Source: Gemmatimonadota bacterium (GTDB taxonomy: Bacteria > Gemmatimonadota > Gemmatimonadetes > Gemmatimonadales > GWC2-71-9). From it: 64,000 nucleotides of DNA. The notes below the pieces were generated by a model. That model was not told the origin of the DNA. It saw only the letters and a program-made list of their open reading frames with translations, and did not search any database. Both the position numbers and the translations under genes were made by a program. Positions 1 through 8,194 of the stretch are shown piece after piece. The stretch is taken from positions 107,473 to 171,472 of the forward strand of contig JADJAK010000005.1 of NCBI GenBank assembly GCA_016704275.1, in the 5' to 3' direction. How positions within the stretch are numbered: position 1 is the stretch's first letter; every line of letters begins with the position of its first letter.

Positions 1-17
1 TTCGGGCGCTCGCGTCG

Positions 18-644
18 ATGGGTCTCTCGGTGCAGCCAATCTCCGAAGAGTGGAGCGGGCTCGCGAGTGACCCCGCGGCGCTCGCCGCGGCGATGGCGTC
101 GGCGGTCGAGACGCCCCGGCTGGCCAGTGCCTCGCAGCGCGTGTCGCAGGCGGCACAGATTCGGCGACTCGCCTGGCAACTCGGTGCCGCGGCCTTGGTC
201 CTGTTGGTCGCCGCCGCCGCGTTCGAGTTGATCGGTGCGCGCCGGCAACTCAGCGCGATTCAATCGGCTCGTGCGGAGGTGGCACCCGCGGTGCAGGCGA
301 CGCTGGTCGGGCGCTCGTCGATGGAGGTGGCGTATCGCCGGATCGCCGACGTGGTGACTGCGGAACGGACGGCGCCGGCATGGTCGAGTATTCTGGCGGA
401 CTTCGCGGCCCGGGTCCCCGAGGATGCCCACCTCACCGGCTTCCGTGCCCGCGGTGATTCGTTGGTGGTGGATGGCCTGGCGGGGAGTGCCTCGCTGGTC
501 TTCCAGTCGCTCGAGGAGTCGCCGGCGCTCGCCAACCTCCGCGCCTCGGCCCCGGTGCGGCGTCAGGCACCGGAAGGGAGCGACCCGATGGAGCGGTTCA
601 CCATTTCGGCAGTGCGCCGCGGCCTGGGTGGGGTGAGCCCATGA
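18..644 (+). CDS. PilN-like pilus/secretion assembly inner-membrane protein. The frame stays open to the window edge, so the true start may be upstream, possibly as a PilM-PilN fusion.
   Basis: 208-aa ORF with one hydrophobic segment (LGAAALVLLVAAAAFELIG) followed by a periplasmic-type domain. It has a 4-nt stop/start overlap with the next ORF and sits first in an N-O-P-secretin-ATPase order. Confidence 0.55.
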   Translation: MGLSVQPISEEWSGLASDPAALAAAMASAVETPRLASASQRVSQAAQIRRLAWQLGAAALVLLVAAAAFELIGARRQLSAIQSARAEVAPAVQATLVGRSSMEVAYRRIADVVTAERTAPAWSSILADFAARVPEDAHLTGFRARGDSLVVDGLAGSASLVFQSLEESPALANLRASAPVRRQAPEGSDPMERFTISAVRRGLGGVSP

Positions 645-1255
645 ATCTCTCTCCGTCCGAGCGCCGCACGATCATGCGCAGCCTCGCCGTCCTCGCCCCC
701 GTGGCGCTCTATTCGCTCGGAGTCCGGCCGTACATGGCCGCACTCGCCGATGTCCGCGATCGCATCCAGGTGGAGTCTGACGCGCTCGCCCGCGAGCGGG
801 CCGCGGTGGAGATGGCGAAGCGCAATCCCGAGGTCCAGCGCCTGACCGACTCGGCCGCCCGCGCCACCGCGCCGCGCCTCTTCGCGGGGCGCGACGACGT
901 GATGGCCAGCGCCGAGCTCGCCGCGTATCTCGGCGACCTTGCCGATCAGCACAAGGTGTGGATGCAGGACGCCACGACGCGCCCCGGGACCACGTCCCCG
1001 GCCGGCGTGCGCACCTTGCGGGTCGAGATTCGCGCCGAGTCGGACTTTGAAGGGTTGTTGGAATTCCTTCAGGCGCTCGAGCAGGGGAGCAAGCTGGTGC
1101 GAGTCGAGCGCCTCGAGGTGTCCCAGGCGTTGAGCGGCCCCGGGAATGAGGACGCCGAGACACTCACCATTGTCGCGTCGATCAGCGGATATGCCTTGCC
1201 AGACTCGACGGCGACGACCTCGCCGGCCCGACCTGACGTGGCGAGGCGCCCGTGA
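641..1255 (+). CDS. PilO-like pilus assembly protein
   Basis: 204-aa ORF with an N-terminal TM (LAVLAPVALYSLGV), a coiled-coil-like stretch and a C-terminal alpha/beta region. It has ATGA-type overlaps on both sides. The call rests mainly on position in the cluster. Confidence 0.5.
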   Translation: MNLSPSERRTIMRSLAVLAPVALYSLGVRPYMAALADVRDRIQVESDALARERAAVEMAKRNPEVQRLTDSAARATAPRLFAGRDDVMASAELAAYLGDLADQHKVWMQDATTRPGTTSPAGVRTLRVEIRAESDFEGLLEFLQALEQGSKLVRVERLEVSQALSGPGNEDAETLTIVASISGYALPDSTATTSPARPDVARRP

Positions 1256-1761
1256 GCGGCCTGATGGAAGTGCGCAGTGCCCCCGCGGTGCGGTGGGCGG
1301 CCCTCGGCGTGGTGGCGGCGTTGCTTGTCATGGCGTGGACGGCACGGCGGATGTGGCAGGTGACCGACGTGCCGGCCGCACCGCCGGGAGCGATGCTCTC
1401 GACGGAGGCGCTCAACGCACCGGCCCGCCCGGAATCGGTCGACGTCGACGCGGCCGTCTCGCTCGATCTCTTCAATCCGGACCGCATGGCACCGGTCGCG
1501 CGTTATCGGTTGCCCAGTGACCCGGCGGCAGTCGCGTCCGACACGCCGCCACCGGCCCGACCGGTCGTGCTCGGCACCGCGATCGCCTCCGACGGGTCGA
1601 GTTTCGCGACCTGTCAGCTCGAATCGTCACGGCTGCTGATGGTGCGGGTCGGTGACAAGGTGGGTGTATACCTCGTGAAGGCCATCGAGCGCGGGCGCGT
1701 CGTCTTCCAGACGCCGGCCGGCGAACGTCTCGAGATTCAAGCGCTTCGACCCGGGAGTTGA
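1252..1761 (+). CDS. PilP/GspC-like periplasmic pilus assembly protein
   Basis: 169-aa ORF with an N-terminal TM and a C-terminal beta-rich motif (MVRVGDKVGVYLVKAIERGRVVFQTPAGERLEI) typical of secretin-docking proteins. It overlaps the secretin gene start by 4 nt. Confidence 0.5.
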   Translation: MSGLMEVRSAPAVRWAALGVVAALLVMAWTARRMWQVTDVPAAPPGAMLSTEALNAPARPESVDVDAAVSLDLFNPDRMAPVARYRLPSDPAAVASDTPPPARPVVLGTAIASDGSSFATCQLESSRLLMVRVGDKVGVYLVKAIERGRVVFQTPAGERLEIQALRPGS

Positions 1762-3416
1762 TCGTGCCCGTACCCGCTCGCCTTGCCAGCCTCCTGCTTC
1801 TCGCCGTGGTGCCCTCGCTGCCGGGGCAGAATCCGCCGCGACGGCCACCCGCGACCACGCCGGCCCCGGCGCCTGTCCCAAGTGTGGCGCTCGACTTCCA
1901 GGACCAGGACCTGCGCACCGTCCTCGCCGCGCTGGCCGAGGCTGGTGGCGTGAATGTGTCGCTGAGCAACATCCCGGCGACCAAGGTCACGCTGCGCATG
2001 GGGAAGGCGGTCGATCGGGCCGAGTTCGCCGCGATGCTCCGCGCGGTGGCGGAGGCCAATGACCTCAAGGTCGCCACCGCGGGCTCGCTGATGCAGATCA
2101 GCGGGACGCCGCAGGTCATCGGTCCGACGGTGCAGCAGCAGGCGCGGCTCGATGCGGCGGCCGCCGAGATGAAGCTCTACACCTTCCGACTCAAGCACAC
2201 GTCGGCGACGCAACTCGCGCCGGTGCTGACGGCGCTCTTCTCGGGCGGCTCGATCAGCACCCAGAACGCGGCGGCGCGCGGTGCGGCCGGGCAGGGCGGC
2301 CGAGGCGCCGCGGCCACCCAGGGCGTGACGGTGGTGCAGGGCGGCGGTCGTGGCGCGGCGGGCCAGGCGCAGCAGCAGCAGGCCAACCCGCTGCAAGGGC
2401 TCCAAGCGCTCTTCGGGGGCAATCAGGCCGTGACCAACGAGGTGCGCATCGTCGGCGAGGAGAGCAGCAACGCGCTGCTGATCCGCGCCACCGCCGCCGA
2501 CTGGGTCTTGATCCAGCAGGTGCTGGCCGCCGTGGACTTGCGGCCGCTCCAGGTCCTGATCGAGGTGACCATTGCCGAGGTGGCCCGCAACACTGACCTC
2601 AACGTCGGCGTCTCCGGTACGGGGACTCGGACGAAGGGGAATTCCGCCGACTCAGCGTCGATGCCATCGGCCGCCACAGCCCGCGACTTCATCCTGAAGC
2701 TGACTGGCGGCAACGGGACGATCGACTACAACGTGGCGCTCAACGCGCTGCAGACGCGCGGTGACGTGCGGGTGTTGTCGCTGCCGGTGATCATCGCCCA
2801 GAACAACCGTGAGGCGGTGCTCAACGTGGGCGAACAGCGGCCGTTCGTGCAGGTGTCGCAGAGCATCCAGACCGGTGCCACCCCGACCACCGTGCAGACG
2901 ATCACCTATCTCGACGTCGGCACCGTGCTGACGATCACGCCGACGATCAACCCCGACGGCTACGTCAACCTGACCGTCTCGCAGACCGACAACAATGCGA
3001 CCAACGAGGTGGCGTTCAACGCCCCGGTGATCAGCAAGCGCGAGCTGACCACCCAGGTCTTCCTCAAGGACGGGCAGACGACGGTGATCGGCGGGCTGGC
3101 AGGGAAGAGCAGCAGCAAGACCGAGTCGGGCATTCCGATCCTCAGCAAGATTCCGCTCATCGGCAAGTGGCTCTTCGGCAACGTGCGCGAGACGTCGAAT
3201 ACCTCGGAGCTGTTCCTCTTCCTCACCCCGCACGTGATCTTCACCGACGTGGACATCGACCAGTTGCGGCGGTCGGTTGAAGATGGAAGCGAACTGCTCA
3301 AGCAGGTGCCGACCGGCGCGCGCATTGTGCCCAAGGCCGACACGATCGGCCTGCCGGTGATTCGCCGCCCCGACTCGACCGCCGTGCGTCGCCCCGTGGG
3401 TGGCGGCACCCCGTGA
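1758..3416 (+). CDS. pilQ: Secretin (PilQ/GspD family outer-membrane channel)
   Basis: 552-aa ORF with a signal peptide. The secretin C-domain signature is present (VLSLPVIIAQNNREAVLNVGEQRPF ... GIPILSKIPLIGKWLFGN ... ELFLFLTPHVI). Confidence 0.88.
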   Translation: MIVPVPARLASLLLLAVVPSLPGQNPPRRPPATTPAPAPVPSVALDFQDQDLRTVLAALAEAGGVNVSLSNIPATKVTLRMGKAVDRAEFAAMLRAVAEANDLKVATAGSLMQISGTPQVIGPTVQQQARLDAAAAEMKLYTFRLKHTSATQLAPVLTALFSGGSISTQNAAARGAAGQGGRGAAATQGVTVVQGGGRGAAGQAQQQQANPLQGLQALFGGNQAVTNEVRIVGEESSNALLIRATAADWVLIQQVLAAVDLRPLQVLIEVTIAEVARNTDLNVGVSGTGTRTKGNSADSASMPSAATARDFILKLTGGNGTIDYNVALNALQTRGDVRVLSLPVIIAQNNREAVLNVGEQRPFVQVSQSIQTGATPTTVQTITYLDVGTVLTITPTINPDGYVNLTVSQTDNNATNEVAFNAPVISKRELTTQVFLKDGQTTVIGGLAGKSSSKTESGIPILSKIPLIGKWLFGNVRETSNTSELFLFLTPHVIFTDVDIDQLRRSVEDGSELLKQVPTGARIVPKADTIGLPVIRRPDSTAVRRPVGGGTP

Positions 3417-4942
3417 CCACCGCCGCGCCGATGGTCGCTGCGCGCCCCGGTTCCGAGCTGCTCGAGGTCGATCGGCTCGCGCCCGCGCTGACCGCCGATT
3501 GGCTGGAGCAGCACGGCATGATGCCGCTCCGGCTGGAGGGTGGCCGTCTCGAGGTCGGCAGTTGGCTGCCTGCCCCGGACCCGACCGCCCTCGATGACTT
3601 GCGGCTCCTCTTTGACGCCGATGTGGTCTTGCTCCCCTATGGTGAGCACGATCTCCGCTCGGCGATTCGTCGCGTCTACGCGCAGGACGCCACGACCGCC
3701 GAGGGGCTGATCGCGGGGCTCGTCGGCGAGCGCGGTGCCATCAACGCCGACGAGATCCCGCTCGACGACCTGGTGCACCTCGCCAACGAGGCGCCGGTCA
3801 TCAGGCTGGTGAACCTGTTGCTGATCGAAGGGCTGGAGGCGCGCGCGTCGGACGTGCACCTCGAGGGCTATCAGGACGGCCTGCGGGTGCGCTACCGGGT
3901 GGATGGGGTCCTGCAGGATGCGCCGTCGCCGCCGCCACACCTCACGGCCGCGATCATCTCCCGCATCAAGATCATGGCGGAGCTGGACATCGCCGAGCGG
4001 CGACTGCCGCAGGACGGACGGATTCGGTTGCGATTGCAGAATCGCCAGGTCGACGTCCGCGTCTCGACCGTGCCGACGCTGCGTGGCGAGAGCGTGGTGC
4101 TCCGGCTCCTCGACCGCGAGCGGGGCCGCATCTCGCTGACCGACCTCGGCATGGCGGCCGACACGCTGGCGCAGTTCACCGAGGTCATCTCCCGGCCGCA
4201 CGGCATCGTGCTCGCCACCGGCCCGACCGGGTCGGGCAAGACGACGACGCTCTACGCCGCCGTGGAGTTGATCCGCACCGGACGGGAGAAGATCCTGACC
4301 GTCGAGGATCCGGTCGAGTACGAGCTGTCCGGTGTGCCGCAGGTGCCGGTCAACGAGAAGGTCGGTGTCACCTTCGCGGGGGCGCTCCGCGCCCTGCTGC
4401 GGCAGGACCCGGACGTGATCCTCGTCGGCGAAATCCGCGATGGAGAAACCGCGCAGATTGCCACTCAGGCGGCGCTCACCGGCCACCTGGTGCTCTCCAC
4501 GCTGCACACCAACGACGCGCCGACCGCCCTGACCCGCCTCCTCGATCTGCAGGTGGCGGCCTACCTCGTGGCCTCCACGGTCGATGCCGTGCTCGCCCAA
4601 CGTCTGCTCCGACGCATCTGTCCGACCTGCCGAGCCCCGGCCCCGGAGGATGCTCGCCTGGCCAAACTGGTCGATCTCGACCGCCACGCCCTGCATACCC
4701 GTTGGCGGGGCGCGGGATGTGACGCCTGCCGAGGGACCGGCTACCTTGGTCGGGTCGGCATCTACGAGTTGCTGGTCATGGACAATGCCCTCCGGGTCGA
4801 GGTGCAGCAGCGTCGCGGCTCCGAGGAGCTGCGGGCCATGGCCATCGCGGGTGGGATGCGGACCTTGCAGGAGGACGGCTTCCGCCTGGTGCGCGACGGG
4901 GTCACCACGCTCGAGGAAGTGGTGCGCGTCGCCCGGGCCTGA
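3413..4942 (+). CDS. GspE/PilB-family type IV pilus/T2SS assembly ATPase
   Basis: 509-aa ORF with Walker A (GPTGSGKTTT), Asp box/Walker B (DPDVILVGEIRD), His box (LTGHLVLSTLHTND) and a tetracysteine motif (CPTC...CDAC). Confidence 0.92.
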   Translation: MTTAAPMVAARPGSELLEVDRLAPALTADWLEQHGMMPLRLEGGRLEVGSWLPAPDPTALDDLRLLFDADVVLLPYGEHDLRSAIRRVYAQDATTAEGLIAGLVGERGAINADEIPLDDLVHLANEAPVIRLVNLLLIEGLEARASDVHLEGYQDGLRVRYRVDGVLQDAPSPPPHLTAAIISRIKIMAELDIAERRLPQDGRIRLRLQNRQVDVRVSTVPTLRGESVVLRLLDRERGRISLTDLGMAADTLAQFTEVISRPHGIVLATGPTGSGKTTTLYAAVELIRTGREKILTVEDPVEYELSGVPQVPVNEKVGVTFAGALRALLRQDPDVILVGEIRDGETAQIATQAALTGHLVLSTLHTNDAPTALTRLLDLQVAAYLVASTVDAVLAQRLLRRICPTCRAPAPEDARLAKLVDLDRHALHTRWRGAGCDACRGTGYLGRVGIYELLVMDNALRVEVQQRRGSEELRAMAIAGGMRTLQEDGFRLVRDGVTTLEEVVRVARA

Positions 4943-4974
4943 TCGATCCCCCAGGACCTTCGCTCTCGGGTGCC

Positions 4975-6462
4975 ATGCCTGAATCCAGCCATCTGCTGAC
5001 CAGCACCACCGACCCGCTCTCGCAGGGGATCGTGGCGGTGACCCTGGTACTGCTCTTCCTCCTGCTGACGCTGGAGAAGGCGCATCGCGTGCTGGTGGCG
5101 CTCGGGGCGGTGTCGCTGCTCTGGGGCATCACCTACCTCACGCCTTACCACCTGATCTCGTTCGAGGGTGCGGCGCGCGCGCTCGACCTGAATGTCCTTC
5201 TACTGCTCGCCTCGATGATGGCCGTCGTTGGCGTGCTCAAATCGACGGGGGTCTTCGGGTGGGCGGTCGCGCGACTGGTCCACCGTGCCGGGAATTCGCC
5301 CGCCCGGATCATGATCCTGATCGCCTGGTTCACCGCGATCGCCTCGGCATTTCTGGACAACGTCACCACGGTGATCTTCGTGACCCCTATCGCGCTCGGG
5401 CTGGCGGCGCAGCTGGGCGTGGCCCCGATGGCGTTCATCATGCCGATGATCATGGCGGCCAATATCGGCGGGACCGCGACGCTCATCGGCGACCCGCCGA
5501 ACATCATGATCGGGTCCGGCGCCGGTCTCTCCTTCGGTGACTTCCTCATGCACCTGAGCGCGCCGGTGCTGGTCATGATGGTGGCCCTGCAACTCCTCGC
5601 GACGCGGTGGTTCCGCGCGGAACTCACCGGGACCACCCCACGATCGATCGGCGATCCGGCGGCGGCGGACTCGGACGCCACGATCGTCGACCCCACACTG
5701 CTACGCGGGATGGGGTGGATCTGCGCCTTCATCCTCGTCGGCTTTCTCACGCACGGCGTGACCGGAATGCCAGCGGCGGTCCCGGCCACGATCGGTGCCG
5801 CCGCCGCGCTCATCCTCCAGGATCGCCTCTACGTGCGGAAGCATCACGCCTCGGGCGAGGAGCGGGTCCACGGCATCCTGGGGATCATCGAGCACGAGAT
5901 CGAATGGCCGACGCTGGTCTTCTTCGCCTTCCTGTTCATCGTGGTGGGCGCCGGGGTTGAGACCGGGCTCATCGCCACCCTTGCCGGTTCCCTTGCGGCG
6001 GCGATCGATGCCGGACGGAGCAGCTTCGCCCTCGGCCCCGAGGGCACGCTGCTCTTCGCCGCCTTGCTGATTCTGTGGGCTGCGGCGGGCCTGTCGGCGC
6101 TGATCGACAACATCCCCTTCGTGGCCGTCTCCATTCCGATCCTGCACGAGCTCATCCCGACGTTGCCCCCTGGTGCTGACGTCGTCTGGTGGGCACTCGC
6201 GCTCGGTGCCTGTCTCGGCGGCAATGCGACCCCGATCGGCGCTTCGGCGAACGTGACGACACTCGACCTCGCGGCACGCCGTCAGGTGCGGATCTCCTTC
6301 CGCGAGTTCTGTCACTTTGCCATTCCCACCACGCTCATCACCCTGGTGATCTCCTCCGCGTGGTTGTCGGGGATGATCTTCTTCGACTACCACGCCGCAC
6401 TGTACGCGTCGTTGGCGGTTGCGGCCCTGCTTGGCGTGGTGGCGAAGGTTCGCCCGGCATGA
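4975..6462 (+). CDS. ArsB/NhaD (SLC13-like) superfamily anion/ion permease
   Basis: 495-aa polytopic membrane ORF. Motifs such as FLDNVTTVIF, IGGTATLIGDPPN and LIDNIPFV recur in two halves, typical of this permease fold. Confidence 0.75.
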   Translation: MPESSHLLTSTTDPLSQGIVAVTLVLLFLLLTLEKAHRVLVALGAVSLLWGITYLTPYHLISFEGAARALDLNVLLLLASMMAVVGVLKSTGVFGWAVARLVHRAGNSPARIMILIAWFTAIASAFLDNVTTVIFVTPIALGLAAQLGVAPMAFIMPMIMAANIGGTATLIGDPPNIMIGSGAGLSFGDFLMHLSAPVLVMMVALQLLATRWFRAELTGTTPRSIGDPAAADSDATIVDPTLLRGMGWICAFILVGFLTHGVTGMPAAVPATIGAAAALILQDRLYVRKHHASGEERVHGILGIIEHEIEWPTLVFFAFLFIVVGAGVETGLIATLAGSLAAAIDAGRSSFALGPEGTLLFAALLILWAAAGLSALIDNIPFVAVSIPILHELIPTLPPGADVVWWALALGACLGGNATPIGASANVTTLDLAARRQVRISFREFCHFAIPTTLITLVISSAWLSGMIFFDYHAALYASLAVAALLGVVAKVRPA

Positions 6463-6977
6463 CCATCAATCCGCGCGTGGCCAATCGGCAACTGCACCGA
6501 CGCGGCGCCCTCCTGGTGGCGCTGCCGTTTCTCGTGGTGGTCGTCACCGGCATCCTGCTGCAGACCAAGAAGCAGTTCGCCTGGATCCAGCCGCCCGAAC
6601 AGCGCACGGCGAACGAGGTGCCGGGCATTCCCTTCGCCGCGATCCTCGAGGCCGCCGCCAAGCATCCGCAGACCGGGATCACTGCCTGGAGCGACATCGA
6701 CCGGCTCGATGTCAGGCCCGGCAAGGGGATCATCAAGGTCATCGGCAAGAATCGCTGGGAGTTGCAGTTGGATCAGGCCACGGGTGAAGTACTGCAAGTG
6801 GCCTATCGACGCTCGGACCTCATCGAGTCACTGCACGATGGTTCGTGGTTTCATCCCAATGCCAAGCTCTTCCTCTTCCTGCCTGCCGGTGTCATCGTCC
6901 TCGGGCTCTGGCTCACCGGGGTCTATCTCTGGTGGCTGCCGATCGGTGCCCGACGGCGGAAGCGCGCGGAGGCGTGA
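6459..6977 (+). CDS. PepSY-domain membrane protein
   Basis: The internal ATG at 6459 overlaps the permease stop (ATGA). The protein has an N-terminal TM, a PepSY-like core (IDRLDVRPGKGIIKVIGKNRWELQLDQATGEVL) and a C-terminal TM. The 5' extension in the ORF track (from 6189) overlaps the permease and is rejected. Confidence 0.7.
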   Translation: MTINPRVANRQLHRRGALLVALPFLVVVVTGILLQTKKQFAWIQPPEQRTANEVPGIPFAAILEAAAKHPQTGITAWSDIDRLDVRPGKGIIKVIGKNRWELQLDQATGEVLQVAYRRSDLIESLHDGSWFHPNAKLFLFLPAGVIVLGLWLTGVYLWWLPIGARRRKRAEA

Positions 6978-6981
6978 CCCC

Positions 6982-7010
6982 TTGTGCCCGCGCGATCCAC
7001 TCCCTACGAT
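6982..7010 (+). promoter_or_regulatory. Candidate sigma70-like promoter for the lysine-operon leader (TTGTGC-17 nt-TACGAT)
   Basis: The -35-like hexamer is at 6982-6987 and the -10-like hexamer at 7005-7010, with a 17-nt spacer. This would put the transcription start a few nt before the leader ATG at 7021, giving a near-leaderless transcript. The match to consensus is weak. Confidence 0.2.
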
Positions 7011-7020
7011 TGACCGCATC

Positions 7021-7119
7021 ATGAAGCCAACGCTGCTGCAGGTGACCAAGAAGTGTGTCCCGACCCGCGCCAAGAAGTGCGCGGGTCGGGGTCACACGAC
7101 GTGGTCGGTTCCGGCGTAG
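7021..7119 (+). promoter_or_regulatory. Candidate Lys-rich leader peptide ORF (32 codons, MKPTLLQVTKKCVPTRAKKCAGRGHTTWSVPA) of a transcription attenuator
   Basis: ATG at 7021 and TAG at 7117-7119. It has 5 AAG codons in two tandem pairs (7048-7053, 7072-7077) inside a direct repeat CCAAGAAGTG. It overlaps a 12-bp stem (7059-7070 with 7079-7090) and lies upstream of a terminator and the lysine operon. Confidence 0.4.
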
Positions 7120-7148
7120 CACGCCAGTCCCGTTCCCCACTCGTGGAG

Positions 7149-7183
7149 CCCCGCCCGACTCACTGTCCGGCGGGGATTTTTTT
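7149..7183 (+). terminator. Intrinsic terminator/attenuator hairpin abutting the start codon of the lysine operon
   Basis: CCCCGCC (7149-7155) pairs with GGCGGGG (7169-7175). The stem is followed by A and then T7 (7177-7183), and the GTG start of the next gene is at 7184. Confidence 0.65.
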
Positions 7184-8194
7184 GTGACCCAACTCGATGT
7201 CGTGGAGCTGACCACACGGTTGATCAGCATTCCGTCGGTGACCGGATCGGAAGGGGCTGTCGTGACGGCCGTTGCCGTCCTGTTGGCCGACCGCGGCTGG
7301 TCGGTGCAGCGGCAGCCGCTCGACGGTGATCGCGCCAACCTCTACGCCACGCGCGGGCAGCCGGTCGTGGTGCTTTCCACCCACCTGGACACGGTGCCGC
7401 CATACCTCCCGCCCCACGAGGCAGATGGGATCCTCTTTGGTCGCGGAAGCTGTGACGCCAAGGGCCTTGCCGCCGCGATGATCGTGGCCGCGGAGCGGCT
7501 CGCCGCCGAGGGAGAGGACCGGGTGGGGCTGCTCTTCGTGGTTGGAGAGGAGAACGGTTCGGACGGGGCACTCGCCGCAGCCACGTTGACGCCGAAGGGG
7601 CGCATCCTGATCAATGGCGAGCCGACGGGGAATCGTCTCGCCACCGCGCAGAAGGGCGCACTGCGCGTGACCGTCGAGGCGCGCGGGGTGGCCGCGCATT
7701 CCGGGTACCCCGAACTCGGGCGCTCGGCGATCGACCAGCTGCTCGATGCGCTGCAACGGATTCGCGCCATCGAGTGGCCGGTCGATCCGCAGCTCGGCCC
7801 GTCGACGCTCAACATCGGCCGGGTCGTGGGGGGCGAGGCACCCAATGTGATCGCGCCGTCGGCCCGGGCCGAGTTGATGGTCCGGCTCGTCGGTTCAGGC
7901 GCGCCGATTCGGGCCGCGATCCTCGCCGCGGCGGGTCCCGACGTCGCCGTGGCGTTCCCGCTCGAAGTCCCCGCGCTCCGGTCACCATCCTTGCCCGGCT
8001 GGGAAGAGATCACGGTGGCCTTCGCCTCCGACCTGCCGCTGCTCTCGGCGTGGGGGACCGGCTATCAGCTGGGCCCCGGCACCATTCATGTCGCCCATAC
8101 CGATCACGAACAGATCCCGGTCGCCGAGTTGCGCGCCGGCGTGGACCGATACGTTGCGCTCGTACGCACCCTGCTCGCCGGCGACGCGCGATGA
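7184..8194 (+). CDS. M20-family metallohydrolase, probable succinyl-diaminopimelate desuccinylase (DapE/ArgE-like)
   Basis: The GTG at 7184 gives an N-terminus (VTQLDVVELTTRLISIPSVTGSEG) like DapE/ArgE. Metal-ligand motifs are present (STHLDTVPP, GRGSCDAKG, VVGEENGSDG, AAHSGYPELG). It is the first gene of the dap operon. The ORF-track start at 7055 would span the terminator and is rejected. Confidence 0.75.
   Translation: MTQLDVVELTTRLISIPSVTGSEGAVVTAVAVLLADRGWSVQRQPLDGDRANLYATRGQPVVVLSTHLDTVPPYLPPHEADGILFGRGSCDAKGLAAAMIVAAERLAAEGEDRVGLLFVVGEENGSDGALAAATLTPKGRILINGEPTGNRLATAQKGALRVTVEARGVAAHSGYPELGRSAIDQLLDALQRIRAIEWPVDPQLGPSTLNIGRVVGGEAPNVIAPSARAELMVRLVGSGAPIRAAILAAAGPDVAVAFPLEVPALRSPSLPGWEEITVAFASDLPLLSAWGTGYQLGPGTIHVAHTDHEQIPVAELRAGVDRYVALVRTLLAGDAR

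Noticed and set aside
2960-4696. 578-aa minus-strand ORF
   Set aside because: It is antisense to the secretin and GspE/PilB ATPase genes, has no motifs and shows GC-driven composition.
6960-7183. Lysine (L-box) riboswitch upstream of the lysine operon
   Set aside because: GGAGGCGTG at 6967-6975 and the GTGGAG and CACTGTC strings superficially recall L-box motifs. However, they occur in the wrong order, the first lies inside the PepSY coding sequence, and the conserved GAGUAG, CCGAAGGG and CUGGGG blocks and the five-helix layout are not evident. I cannot exclude it without a covariance-model scan.
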